In this document: piece after piece, positions 10,496 through 20,057 of the stretch
Layout of the letters: each line of letters opens with the position of its first letter
How positions within the stretch are numbered: position 1 is the first letter of the stretch
From: Myxococcales bacterium
GTDB lineage: Bacteria > Myxococcota > UBA727 > JABDBI01
DNA: 64,000 nt
Assembly: GCA_023898405.1 (NCBI GenBank)
Contig: CP060221.1
Location: 1,719,381-1,783,380, forward strand
Direction of reading: 5' to 3'
Program-made: the position numbers and the translations under genes
The notes under the pieces: model-generated
What the model saw: only the letters and a program-made list of their open reading frames with translations
Databases searched by the model: none
What the model was told of the DNA's origin: nothing

Positions 10496-11413
10496 ATGAA
10501 AAATATAATAATTTTAACATGTTCGATCTGGTTTGCAACAAGTATTGCGTATGCAACCCAGATTAATTTTAAATTTATTGGTTTTGAACAATTTAGCAAA
10601 AATCCAGCACATAAGATTCTGGAAGTTAATTGTTCGAATAATACAACTACAACCATTGGAGATTTAAAAGAACAATTTTTTTATAGTTATAACATATCTC
10701 CTAGTGAAACCATTATCCTTATTGCCCACGAGAAATTAGAGGATTCAGCCCTTGTTTCAAGTGTAAACATAGCTATGCAAGGTGAAGTAATGGTTGTTAG
10801 GGATACAAGTGGCGGTATAAATTGTTTTAGTGAACACTATTCCAAACTTAAATCCGCTATTGAGGCTAATAATATAATCTACGCTGAAAATCTCTCACAT
10901 TCGATCGAACGTTCTCCAAATTTTTCAGACACTGAAAAGCGAATTGCAAAGAAATTGACTGAAAATCTATTGAAAATTAATAATAATTCAAACAATGAAT
11001 CGCCTGATGATGAATTAAGTAGGCTTTTGAATTTTATAGAGAAAAAAAATGTCATCAATTTAGATCCTGCTTTGCAAAAAATCTACAATAATTTTAAGCT
11101 CTGTATCGAGTATAGAAACGTTCAATCAGCTAAAACCATTATTAATTCAGCTAAAAATAATAAGTCCTTTTCCATTGAACAAAAAATAGAAATTGAAAGT
11201 TGGATGAATGGCAGCATTATTGAAAATAATTCAAACTTCCAGCCGCTCACTGAAAAAAATAAAACACAAATATTGTTAGAAAAATTTAATGATTTGAAAG
11301 AGAATAAAAGCAATGTTGATGAAGCAATCGATATTGCCTTACAGCTTTTAGATCAAGATGACTTAAACCTTATGGAAATGGAGAAGATTCGGGATTGGAT
11401 TAATTCAATCTAA
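10496..11413 (+). CDS. Hypothetical secreted protein
   Basis: 305-aa ORF with a signal-peptide-like N-terminus (MKNIIILTCSIWFATSIAYA), Asn/Ser-rich, no recognisable domain. Confidence 0.5.
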   Translation: MKNIIILTCSIWFATSIAYATQINFKFIGFEQFSKNPAHKILEVNCSNNTTTTIGDLKEQFFYSYNISPSETIILIAHEKLEDSALVSSVNIAMQGEVMVVRDTSGGINCFSEHYSKLKSAIEANNIIYAENLSHSIERSPNFSDTEKRIAKKLTENLLKINNNSNNESPDDELSRLLNFIEKKNVINLDPALQKIYNNFKLCIEYRNVQSAKTIINSAKNNKSFSIEQKIEIESWMNGSIIENNSNFQPLTEKNKTQILLEKFNDLKENKSNVDEAIDIALQLLDQDDLNLMEMEKIRDWINSI

Positions 11414-11439
11414 TCTGCAAAAACTAATGCATTAATTAA

Positions 11440-11477
11440 AGCCTGGTTGCCTGATTACAAGCCACCTGGCTTTTTTT
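11440..11477 (+). terminator. Putative rho-independent terminator after 10496..11413
   Basis: Imperfect hairpin AGCCTGGT...ACCTGGCT followed by a T7 run (11471-11477). Confidence 0.4.
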
Positions 11478-11499
11478 GTTATAAAACTCTCTGCATCAC

Positions 11500-11800
11500 T
11501 TAACTTTCTCATCTTGCCAAGTGATAATGCCTATCTAAATGTAGGTTCAAGTTTGAATGTAGGAGTAAGCACCCAAGCGGCAGAACGCCTGAAAGGACAA
11601 AAGGGATTTGTACCACAGATATTTCGTTGGGCAGTTGAAAGAACTTTTGCTTGGTTGAATAGAAACCGGCGCCTGGTTCGTAACTATGAGAAGAGTACAA
11701 GGCAACAGGAATCAATGAACTACATCGCTCATGCAAGCTTGTGCATCAAGCGATTGGAAAAGTGGCTTACCGCCTAAATTTTGATTTATTTTACAGCCTC
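11500..11800 (+). mobile_element. Partial IS5-family element (3' ~300 bp), same family as the full copy at 28633..29537
   Basis: ORF 11514..11777 matches the C-terminal ~85 aa of the transposase at 28656..29471 (VGVST.AERLKGQKGFVPQIFRWAVERTFAWLNRNRRLVRNYEK). Terminal repeat TTTGATTTATTTTACAGCCTC ends at 11800, followed by TAA. Confidence 0.75.
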
Positions 11801-13685
11801 TAAATCATGATTCAGACAATATAAAATTTCCTTAGCGTACGTTTCCGTCCTAGCCTGAAAAAAATTTGTTCTCTTCTTCTAGACATTTACGACTGTGCTT
11901 ACTGCATAGTCCCCCCGGCCTGACGGTCGGGGGAGCGCTTAGAAATTATAATTTTTTAAAAAAATTCCAATCAAGGAGTCAGCAAACTCAAGGTTTAATT
12001 ACTTATAGTCGCCGTGAAATTTCTTAACCAAAACTTCCTTACGCATTATTATTGTTGTTATTGCCTTTATTGGATGAATGAATAATAACAATGTTTTCGC
12101 TTTCCGAAGCCTTCTCGCGCTTATCAAATAAATAACGAAGACGCTTCAACATTTCTGGTTTTTCAATTAAAACATTTTTTCCCATTGATACAAAATTATG
12201 CATTTTTTCCATCGCCGAGTGCCAATTAATTTCTGGATGAGCAGATATCACAGGATATTTTTTCCAGGATTGATGGAATTCTACTAGATTTTTTTGCAGG
12301 TCAACGGGAATAGTTGTCCATATCAGCACAAATTCTCTGGCAATCCTTAGAGCAAGAGCCTCTATATTTTTTTGAACTGATTTTTCTCTTACGATTCGAT
12401 GTATTACTGACTCTCCCCCATCATTTTGGTCTTGCAACAATTTCAATAGTGATTCTTCATCGGTATTAAAAATAGAATTAATCTGCTTTTCTGATAGCTG
12501 GTAAAGGACACTGTTTAAGATAATTAGCAGCTCTTCTATTAATACCCATTTAAGATCCTTATTAACAAACATCTGCAACACATTATAGCCAACTTCGTTT
12601 TTAGTAACTGATAGATTGTTTAACGATTGTTCAATAGACTCAGCATTATTTAAGTGTTCTGACATTGACTCAAAAAGTTGAGCTTTCTCTTCTTCTGACA
12701 ATTCATATGCCGCACTAATCGCTTTTTTTACTTTATTTTCAAATAGAAAAAACAAATAGCTCGCCATTTCATTTCTTGATATTTCATCTTGATTATTCAG
12801 TGCTATTCCAATTGGCCGAACATAGTTATCAAGAGAAAATAGATATGCCATTCCTGGCAATACACCATTGGCCTCAAAGCTCTCCAATATCTCTTGACGC
12901 TGGCCCTCTAGAAAGACTTTAACGACGTCAATTTTTCCCATACCGACTGCAATGGAAATAACAGAATTGCGATTTTGATCTTCTGCTGTTACATCAGCGC
13001 CATTATCCAAAAGAATTCGTACAATTTCTTGATCATCATTCGATCCATTTTTAAAATTAAGGACTGCAAATCCAAGCGGCGTTATACCTGATTTGCTAGG
13101 TTCATTAATGTTGAAATATTTTTTATTTCGATCATTTAAAAGTAATTCCATTGCGCGTTTTTGTTTTTTTAACGCAGTAAAATGAAGTGCGCTTAATCCC
13201 TTGTCAGTAGTTTTGGCACCGATATCAATTTTCGTATTGAGCAACAACAGCTGCAATTTATCTGTATCACTAAGCCCAGATGCTATGTGGATAGGACGAA
13301 TACCATTCTTTTGTATTGCTAAGTTGACATCAGCACCAACACTAATCAAGTGATTAGCGTAATAGTCATCATCTATTGTAAGTGCGTAATGCAGTAGTGA
13401 ATATCCCGCTAATGGGCTGTTTAGAACCTGTAGGAATTTTTCTTGATTGAATTTTGTTTCAATATAGTCAACCAATTTCTTGAACTCATTTTTCCTATTC
13501 TCTTTGATTGAGTAAAAAAGCACTTCTACATTGCTACTATTTTCGTTAGTCGGATCAAAAATGGTTTCTGGCCGATCCAGCAGATATTTCATAAGCTCCC
13601 AGCTTCCTGTTCTCATAGCTAAAAGCAATAATGTTTTGTCACATAGTTGAGGGCTTAAATTCTCAGGAGCACCTATTTTTTTGTT

Positions 13686-14401
13686 GGGGCTGTAGTAGCT
13701 AAGCCCAATTAAGGGTAAGCTACTTCAATGTATAAGAGACGCAGCCGTTTAACAGTGCGCCAGCAGAGCGAACTGATAAAATTATTTGTTGCTGGTGTAA
13801 CCGCCAGAGCAGCATCAGAACTGGTTATTATTCAATCTAATACAGCCAGTAATTTCTTCTTAAGGTTAAGAAAATTAATAGCCAGCAAACTTCCAAGCTA
13901 TGACTTAAGCGGAGAAATTGAAGTAGATGAAAGTTATTTTGGCGGAGTTCGAAAAGGCAAGAGAGGACGTGGAGCTGGAGGTAAAGTAGCTGTTTTTGGC
14001 CTTCTTAAGCGAGGTGGCAAGGTTTACACAGCCATCATTCCTAATGCAAAAACAGAAACTCTTCTGCCTATTGTAGAAGAGAAAGTTCTTCCGGACAGCA
14101 TAGTTTATACAGATACCTTTAAATCATATAATGCCTTAGATGTATCTGCATTTCACCATATGCGCATTAATCATTCCAAGCTGTTTGCTGATAAGCAAAA
14201 CCATATCAATGGGATTGAGAACTTCTGGAACCAAGCCAAACGCAATCTGCGTAAGTTTAATGGGATAAAACAGGATAATTTTTATTGGTTTCTTAAGGAA
14301 TGTGAATGGCGCTTCAACGGAGGCAATCACCAACAGCTTCTAAAACAGCTAAAATACTGGTATAAACACACTAAACATTAACGCTTAGCTACTACAGCCC
14401 C
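13686..14401 (+). mobile_element. IS1595-family insertion sequence, apparently intact
   Basis: Perfect 19-bp terminal inverted repeats GGGGCTGTAGTAGCTAAGC (13686..13704) and GCTTAGCTACTACAGCCCC (14383..14401), flanked by an 8-bp direct duplication TTTTTGTT (13678..13685 and 14402..14409). Confidence 0.85.
13728..14381 (+). CDS. IS1595-family transposase
   Basis: 217-aa ORF with the typical IS1595/ISXO2-like basic Gly-rich segment (DESYFGGVRKGKRGRGAGGKVAVFGLLKRGGKVYT) and C-terminal NHSKLFADKQNHINGIENFW region. Confidence 0.85.
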   Translation: MYKRRSRLTVRQQSELIKLFVAGVTARAASELVIIQSNTASNFFLRLRKLIASKLPSYDLSGEIEVDESYFGGVRKGKRGRGAGGKVAVFGLLKRGGKVYTAIIPNAKTETLLPIVEEKVLPDSIVYTDTFKSYNALDVSAFHHMRINHSKLFADKQNHINGIENFWNQAKRNLRKFNGIKQDNFYWFLKECEWRFNGGNHQQLLKQLKYWYKHTKH

Positions 14402-14969
14402 TTTTTGTTTATATGAACATAGTTTGGGTCAGCTGACGGCGCCAAATTAAAAAACATTTGCACATCAAAGGCATTATTTTTTACTTGCTGATCATTAATA
14501 TAGCTCTGAATAGCTTCAATTTTTTCCTCTGATTTAGCTTCGCCTTCTAAATGGGTAATCAACAATTCATATTCATTGGACTGTATTTCGTCGACGCCAG
14601 CAATTGAATGATGATCAATTTGATCTACATCACCACACCAAACTCTAACACAGCTAAAAAACAACGATAGAAAGCTTAAAAGCAGAACATTAAAACTCAT
14701 TTTATTTCCTATTTATATCTAATAAATTTCTCCTAGCACAACGCGCAAAATTATCAATAATTTATCTGGGCTCATCACATAAAAAACTGAAAAAATATAA
14801 GTGTAACATAAAAACCGCTTTATGGGTTCTAGAGCCTGCTCAAAACCTAAGCGCAAGGCCAAAAAATATCTTGACTGCCTGCACTGTAATAAAGCTTTCA
14901 CCTATAAAGCCCTCATTACTGTACTACGGCAAGGAGAAAATATAATATGGCCTCGCTTTCATTGTCTTA

Positions 14970-15290
14970 TCAGTTCAAAATTAAATTTTTAAGAACAAGA
15001 GTCTTCTCGCAAAAATAGATTACTTCTGAGTCCAAATGCACAAGCATGCGGTCGTGTTCAATTGCTTCAAAAATAAGCGCGTCCACGCATTGCGTCAGGC
15101 TTTCAACAGCTTTAAATATTATCTCGCCATCAACACTATAATTATAAAAAATTTCACCTGGAATTTCACCATTTACCAGCTGTTCGTCACCTTTCTCTTT
15201 TACTATTTTTAGTGGCTCAAGTGATTGAGCAAAAGCCAAATGAAAGGAAAATAATAATACTAATAAATATATCTTCTTCATGAATGCCAC
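14970..15290 (-). CDS. Hypothetical small secreted protein
   Basis: 106-aa ORF; internal Met gives signal peptide MKKIYLLVLLFSFHLAFAQS. No recognisable domain. Confidence 0.4.
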   Translation of the reverse strand: MAFMKKIYLLVLLFSFHLAFAQSLEPLKIVKEKGDEQLVNGEIPGEIFYNYSVDGEIIFKAVESLTQCVDALIFEAIEHDRMLVHLDSEVIYFCEKTLVLKNLILN

Positions 15291-15562
15291 CTAAATAGTT
15301 GTCAGTGTGCATGTTGTTTTCGTGATTAGAAATAATTAGTTGTTTATTGTTTTATGGGGAATATTGTTATTATTATTTTCATTGTTTTTATGTCTTTAAT
15401 TTACTGGTTAATTGTGGTGGTTCGCAACGCAGCGAACACCTAAGCTCGACTTTGGCCGAAATTGAAACGAATCGGTAGCTTCAAAAGAACAGAAGATTGG
15501 AATAAGCTGATCTACCCTCAAGAGCTGCCGAGAAATGAAAAGAGCACATCATAAAAGATTTC

Positions 15563-16007
15563 ATGAACAATTTTGCCGAATGCCTTAGTTCTCCTAGTCT
15601 GAGTCGGCTGAGTGAACTTCTTGCTGCAAGAATTATCACCATCGAAAAAACTACAGTCACGAACTTATCAAGGGTATTCGGCTTCGATCCCTACAACAGT
15701 CCCTGGCATCACCTATTTTCACGCTATCGAATCTCGCTTTGGGCATTATCATTTGTTCTTATAAAGTTGATTCGAAAGACTTTTGTTGCAGATGGACAAG
15801 CACGTTTTTGTTGTCGATGACACAAGGTGCTTGCATAACGGCAAAATTGTTTTTGGCAAGGCAAAGCATCGTGATGCCGCACGCTCATCTCATGCTGTTA
15901 CCACTTTGCTATGGGGACATACTCAAAATGCTCTTGAGCATAAGATTTTATCTTTGGAAGCCTCACCTATTTCAAAACAGTTTCTAAAGCTCATGATTGG
16001 TAATTAA
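15563..16007 (+). pseudogene. Possible degraded DDE transposase remnant (IS701/IS4-like), frameshifted
   Basis: Two overlapping short ORFs in different frames (15563..15820, 15783..16007); the second contains HVFVVDDTRCLHNGKIVFGKAKH resembling the first catalytic Asp region of IS701/IS4-type transposases. Weak. Confidence 0.3.
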
Positions 16008-17207
16008 CTTAAGGGCTTTCTGATATTCCGCGCTTTGTTTGGTGATCTCGGCTGCCTGCAACAAGAGATCTATAGTCTTTTCGGTTGTACTATCGAGTTC
16101 GGTAATTTCGGGATAGTTGGCATTATCAAGCAGGGTTTGAATGCGAATATAATGGGAACCTGGCAGGGATTCAAAGATATTTTCCATAGCTCCTTCGTCT
16201 TCATTTGATGAACCATCTATTAGGGCATCTATTACAGCTGGAGCCCATGTTGCCGCTCCAGCATTGAGTAAGCTTGAACCATTATGACTGTTGAGAACTC
16301 CCTTGCCAGTTCCAATAGAGACAAGAACAATCCCTCGACGTAAAATCTCAGCTCGGCCGAAAATCCTTTCAGCTTTGTCAAAAGCTAAAGGAGCAGGATT
16401 ATTTTTGTAGATGCCGCCATCTATGAGAAATGCTTGGTAAGGCCGATTGTTTGAGTTTATGAGAGTTACTTCCTTGGGAATAAAAAAGGTGGGTGCCGCC
16501 GAAGTGGCGCGTGCAACTTCAAGCACATTAAGGTGTGAAAATTTGGCATTATCACTTTCCAAAGAAATACCTTGTTTTTCTTCTATAGAAAAAGTTGTGA
16601 GTAAAGTTGGTATGAGAGATTCAGAAAAAAGTTTTTTGCCAAAAGTTTTCTGTATGAGTGCTTCCATGGACAAAGCATCATAGAGGGGTCCTCGCAAACT
16701 GCAGACGGTTTTAGGTATTAAATTTGAACAGCTGTATTTAAAAATTAAACGAGCATTATCTTTATAAAATTTTTCAGCCTCTTTTACCGTCAGTGGCAGC
16801 TTGTCTTTTGAAAGAGGCATGGTGAGCAGTAAGGAGAGTAATCCTCCTGTAGATGTTCCTGCAATAAGATCAAAGAGCTCGTATATTCTTTTATCAGAGA
16901 CCTGTTCAAACTTTTGTAAGAGTCTTGCAAGAAGAACGCCGCGTATACCTCCACCATCAAGGCTTAATACCTTTATTGGGTTTAGTTTTTGGTTTTCGTA
17001 ATTTTCATCGGGAGCTTCAAGTCCTTCAGTCTCGTTTGCGATAGGTTTTTCAACAGGTGTGAACTTTTTAACTTCTTGGCTGCTTTTAGAGCCGTTTTTA
17101 GGCTGATCGACAAAGGAGTTGGGGGCATCACTGCATGATGAAACGATAAGAGTTTGAAATAAAAAACAGGATAAAAAAACTGTGAAAAATAAATTATTTG
17201 ATTTCAT
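15984..17207 (-). CDS. Patatin-like phospholipase, secreted/lipoprotein
   Basis: 407 aa; oxyanion motif LDGGGIRG, nucleophile motif AGTSTGG, catalytic Asp motif IDGGIYKNNP; N-terminal signal peptide with a lipobox-like LIVSSCS. Confidence 0.85.
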   Translation of the reverse strand: MKSNNLFFTVFLSCFLFQTLIVSSCSDAPNSFVDQPKNGSKSSQEVKKFTPVEKPIANETEGLEAPDENYENQKLNPIKVLSLDGGGIRGVLLARLLQKFEQVSDKRIYELFDLIAGTSTGGLLSLLLTMPLSKDKLPLTVKEAEKFYKDNARLIFKYSCSNLIPKTVCSLRGPLYDALSMEALIQKTFGKKLFSESLIPTLLTTFSIEEKQGISLESDNAKFSHLNVLEVARATSAAPTFFIPKEVTLINSNNRPYQAFLIDGGIYKNNPAPLAFDKAERIFGRAEILRRGIVLVSIGTGKGVLNSHNGSSLLNAGAATWAPAVIDALIDGSSNEDEGAMENIFESLPGSHYIRIQTLLDNANYPEITELDSTTEKTIDLLLQAAEITKQSAEYQKALKLITNHEL

Positions 17208-17531
17208 TCAATTTCCTGTGCTGTATTTTTAATTTAAAAGTTTTTGGTGCGTTTTTTTCTATTATGTTTTTCTTATCAAATATTTTGTTAAAGACTGATT
17301 TCTTACAATAAGTTATTGCATGATATCTATGTCAATTTTTATTTTTTGCAAACCCGGATAAGTGTAACTGCTATCTTCCTGTTTTATTATCGAAAATAAC
17401 TAATGACTGTGCTGTAAAAACCTACTTTGACATTTGAGGTTATTTCTGGAACAGCACAGATGAACTTTTCCCCAGCAGGGGCCCCTTAATTTTAAAAAAT
17501 TAAAAGTTGTAATTATGCAGGCTATAATCTG

Positions 17532-18755
17532 ATGAACAATTCCAATTCCCTCCAACTTAAAAGAGTAATCACTCTTTATGCTATGGGTTTTTTGTTGATT
17601 TTTGGCTATTCTTTTGCTCGGCCTTGTATCGATTCCATTTACCTTGAGCATTATTCCAGTGACACATTGCCAAATGCTTGGTTGCTTACGGCTTTTTTGT
17701 CCGCGTTCGTAATAGCCATTTATAATCGTATCAATCAGCGATATTCGATTCTCTCGCTTTATGGTTGGCTTTCCCTTCTCTGTGCAGGAAGTTTGGCTCT
17801 ACTTTTGGCTGCCTATTTTTGGGGTTTCATTCCTGCAATTTTTATTCTCTATGTCTGGAAAGAAATTTACATGGTGGTTTTGGTCGAAACCTATTGGAGT
17901 TTTGCTGACATGGTTTTTTCCATAAGTTCAGCTCGTCACACCTATGGTTTGGCTATGGCCGTCAGTTCGCTTGGTGGGGTATTTGGCAATTTAATTGTAG
18001 GTCCTTTTGCGCGAACTGTCGGATCAAGATGGGCCCTTTGGTCATTGGTATTTTTGCTGATATTAGGATTTTTTATTGCCTATTGCGCGCGATCCATTGG
18101 CGATGAAAAACCACAAGAATCTAAAAAAACTGCAAAGATGGGAGTTGGCATTAAGACCTTGCTTCAGAGCAGGTATTTGGTTCCTCTGGCTTTGTTGGTG
18201 TGCACAGTTCAGGTAGTGACGGGCTTAATCGATTTTAAATTCAACTCGATGTTGCAGGAAAATTACGTCAATACGGATATGCGCACTGAAATGCTTGGCT
18301 ATATTCATGCAACGGTAAATGTTGTGGGGATTGCTATTCAATTGTGTACCGGCCCGATACTCAAGTTATTCGGTATTGCTTCGACTTTTAAGAGTATTCC
18401 TTTTCTATTGGCGGCCTGTCTTTTGGCATTTGTGATTCTGCCTAAATTTGCTTTGATGTTGGCGGTGAAAATTAGTAGTAAGGCTTTGGATTATTCTTTG
18501 TTGAGGGGAGTTAAAGAAATTTTATATATTCCCCTGTCTCGAGAAGAAAAAACCCAGGGCAAGGGGATAATAGATATTTTTATCTATCGTATAGCCAAAG
18601 GTCTTTCTTCGATTTTACTGCTCAGCTTGATTGCCATTGGTTTGAGTGCATATGTTATAGAGCTGTCTTTTGCTTTGGTTGTTATCTGGTTGATACTTGC
18701 CATCGTTATTGCTCGACGCTATCAATTATTGGTGGGTGCTGACGAAAATAGGTGA
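17532..18755 (+). CDS. TLC-family (ATP:ADP antiporter / nucleotide transporter-like) membrane protein, putative
   Basis: 407 aa polytopic membrane protein; C-terminal region KALDYSLLRGVKEILYIPLSREEKTQGKGIIDIFIYRIAKG resembles the TLC/NTT signature (AYIPLD...KGKAAIDVVGGRLGKSG). Shorter than canonical ~500-aa NTTs; substrate unknown. Confidence 0.5.
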   Translation: MNNSNSLQLKRVITLYAMGFLLIFGYSFARPCIDSIYLEHYSSDTLPNAWLLTAFLSAFVIAIYNRINQRYSILSLYGWLSLLCAGSLALLLAAYFWGFIPAIFILYVWKEIYMVVLVETYWSFADMVFSISSARHTYGLAMAVSSLGGVFGNLIVGPFARTVGSRWALWSLVFLLILGFFIAYCARSIGDEKPQESKKTAKMGVGIKTLLQSRYLVPLALLVCTVQVVTGLIDFKFNSMLQENYVNTDMRTEMLGYIHATVNVVGIAIQLCTGPILKLFGIASTFKSIPFLLAACLLAFVILPKFALMLAVKISSKALDYSLLRGVKEILYIPLSREEKTQGKGIIDIFIYRIAKGLSSILLLSLIAIGLSAYVIELSFALVVIWLILAIVIARRYQLLVGADENR

Positions 18756-18762
18756 GAAATAA

Positions 18763-19401
18763 ATGAACATGCCAACTCCTCGAATTGAATTTAATAAGCG
18801 AGAATTAGATGAACAAGACGTGGGAGCAGATCCGTATGCTTTATTTAAACGGTGGTGGGAAGAGGCCATCATGGCTAAGCTCAACATGCCTGATGCTGCA
18901 GTATTTTCCACTGTAACGGCACAAAATTGTGCAGATGCTCGAGTGGTTTTTATTAAGGAATTTGATGAGAATGGTTTTGTTTTTTATACCAATTATCAAA
19001 GTGCAAAAGGGCAAGAAATAGCACAAAATCCCTGTGGACACCTAGTTTTATTTTGGTCCGATTTTGAACGACAGGTGCGCATTCAAGGAAAAGTAGTCAA
19101 AACTGACAGAGCTCAATCGGAGTCATATTTCAAAACTCGACCTCGCTCTTCTCAAGTTGGAGCTTGGGTTTCGAGGCAAAGCGAGGTTCTTTCTTCAAGA
19201 GCTGAGCTTGAATCTTCTTTTAAAGAGGCTCAAGGCAGTTTCAAGGATATAGAGGTGCCGTGCCCTCCTCACTGGGGAGGCTATTGTTTAAAGCCACGCT
19301 ATTTTGAGTTTTGGCAAGGGCGGCCTAGCCGCTTGCATGACCGTTTTTGTTTTTCTTTATCTGATAGCCAAGAGTGGGAAATACAAAGACTTTATCCTTG
19401 A
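18763..19401 (+). CDS. pdxH: Pyridoxamine 5'-phosphate oxidase
   Basis: 212 aa with a conserved PdxH C-terminus (HWGGYCLKPRYFEFWQGRPSRLHDR). Confidence 0.9.
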   Translation: MNMPTPRIEFNKRELDEQDVGADPYALFKRWWEEAIMAKLNMPDAAVFSTVTAQNCADARVVFIKEFDENGFVFYTNYQSAKGQEIAQNPCGHLVLFWSDFERQVRIQGKVVKTDRAQSESYFKTRPRSSQVGAWVSRQSEVLSSRAELESSFKEAQGSFKDIEVPCPPHWGGYCLKPRYFEFWQGRPSRLHDRFCFSLSDSQEWEIQRLYP

Positions 19402-19503
19402 TGTCAGCAGTTGGATAAAAAATTTCTTAAGCAGCGGGCATTTTAATTTCTGCTCTACACTCTATCCCCAAAATATTTCCGATTACTTTAGGAAGGAGTA
19501 ACT

Positions 19504-19977
19504 ATGAATTTGCGATTATTTTTAAGCTGCTTATTGCTGGTTTTTTCTAGTGTTATTGTGGGAAGTAATAGTAATAATAAGAAAGCATCTCTGAGTTTTA
19601 TTGCAGAAAAATTAAAATCAGAATTCGAATTATCTCAAGATTTTTGCAAAGATTTTATAGATCTTAACAGTCAGAATGAACTTGAAGCTGATAATTTTAT
19701 CAAGCAGACAAGTGATCTACTCGAAAGGGAATTGATGTATAGCGAAGCATTTGAAGTTACAAGATACAAAGCTGGGACAATCACATCCGAAAATCCAAAT
19801 GCTGTGATAATTTTAGAGGGAATTCCTTATTGGCTTTATAGTATTGATGCTTTTTCACTCAAATATTACGATGCTCAAGGAGTACTTAAGAATACTTTTA
19901 TCGAAGGCAATCCTGAAGTCATCACGTTTAAGTTAACTTTATGGCACTACTTCCATTACCACTGCAATATTTTATAA
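19504..19977 (+). CDS. Hypothetical secreted protein
   Basis: 157-aa ORF with signal peptide (MNLRLFLSCLLLVFSSVIVG); no recognisable domain. Confidence 0.45.
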   Translation: MNLRLFLSCLLLVFSSVIVGSNSNNKKASLSFIAEKLKSEFELSQDFCKDFIDLNSQNELEADNFIKQTSDLLERELMYSEAFEVTRYKAGTITSENPNAVIILEGIPYWLYSIDAFSLKYYDAQGVLKNTFIEGNPEVITFKLTLWHYFHYHCNIL

Positions 19978-20000
19978 AAAATTTTAAGAGAATGAGCCTG

Positions 20001-20045
20001 GAATAGGAATTACTAAAGTTGTAATTGCTATTTGCAATTCCTATT
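20001..20045. terminator. Hairpin between convergent genes (possible bidirectional terminator)
   Basis: Perfect 11-bp inverted repeat GAATAGGAATT (20001..20011) / AATTCCTATTC (20035..20045) between the plus-strand ORF ending 19977 and hslU ending 20058. Confidence 0.5.
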
Positions 20046-20057
20046 CAGTGTTAGAGC

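Larger units (their letters stand above)
12039..14700 (-). pseudogene. Ankyrin-repeat protein gene apparently split by an IS1595-family insertion
   Basis: The C-terminal ORF (12039..13628) has multiple ankyrin repeats (LLHYAL...GADVN, IRPIHIASG, LSALHFTAL, ITPLGFAV...LLDNGADV). The upstream ORF 14392..14700 ends in a stop inside the IS inverted repeat. Removing the IS plus one target duplication joins the two ORFs in frame with no stop (...NYVHINKKIGAPENLSPQLCDKTLLLLAMRTGSWELMKYLL...). Confidence 0.6.
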
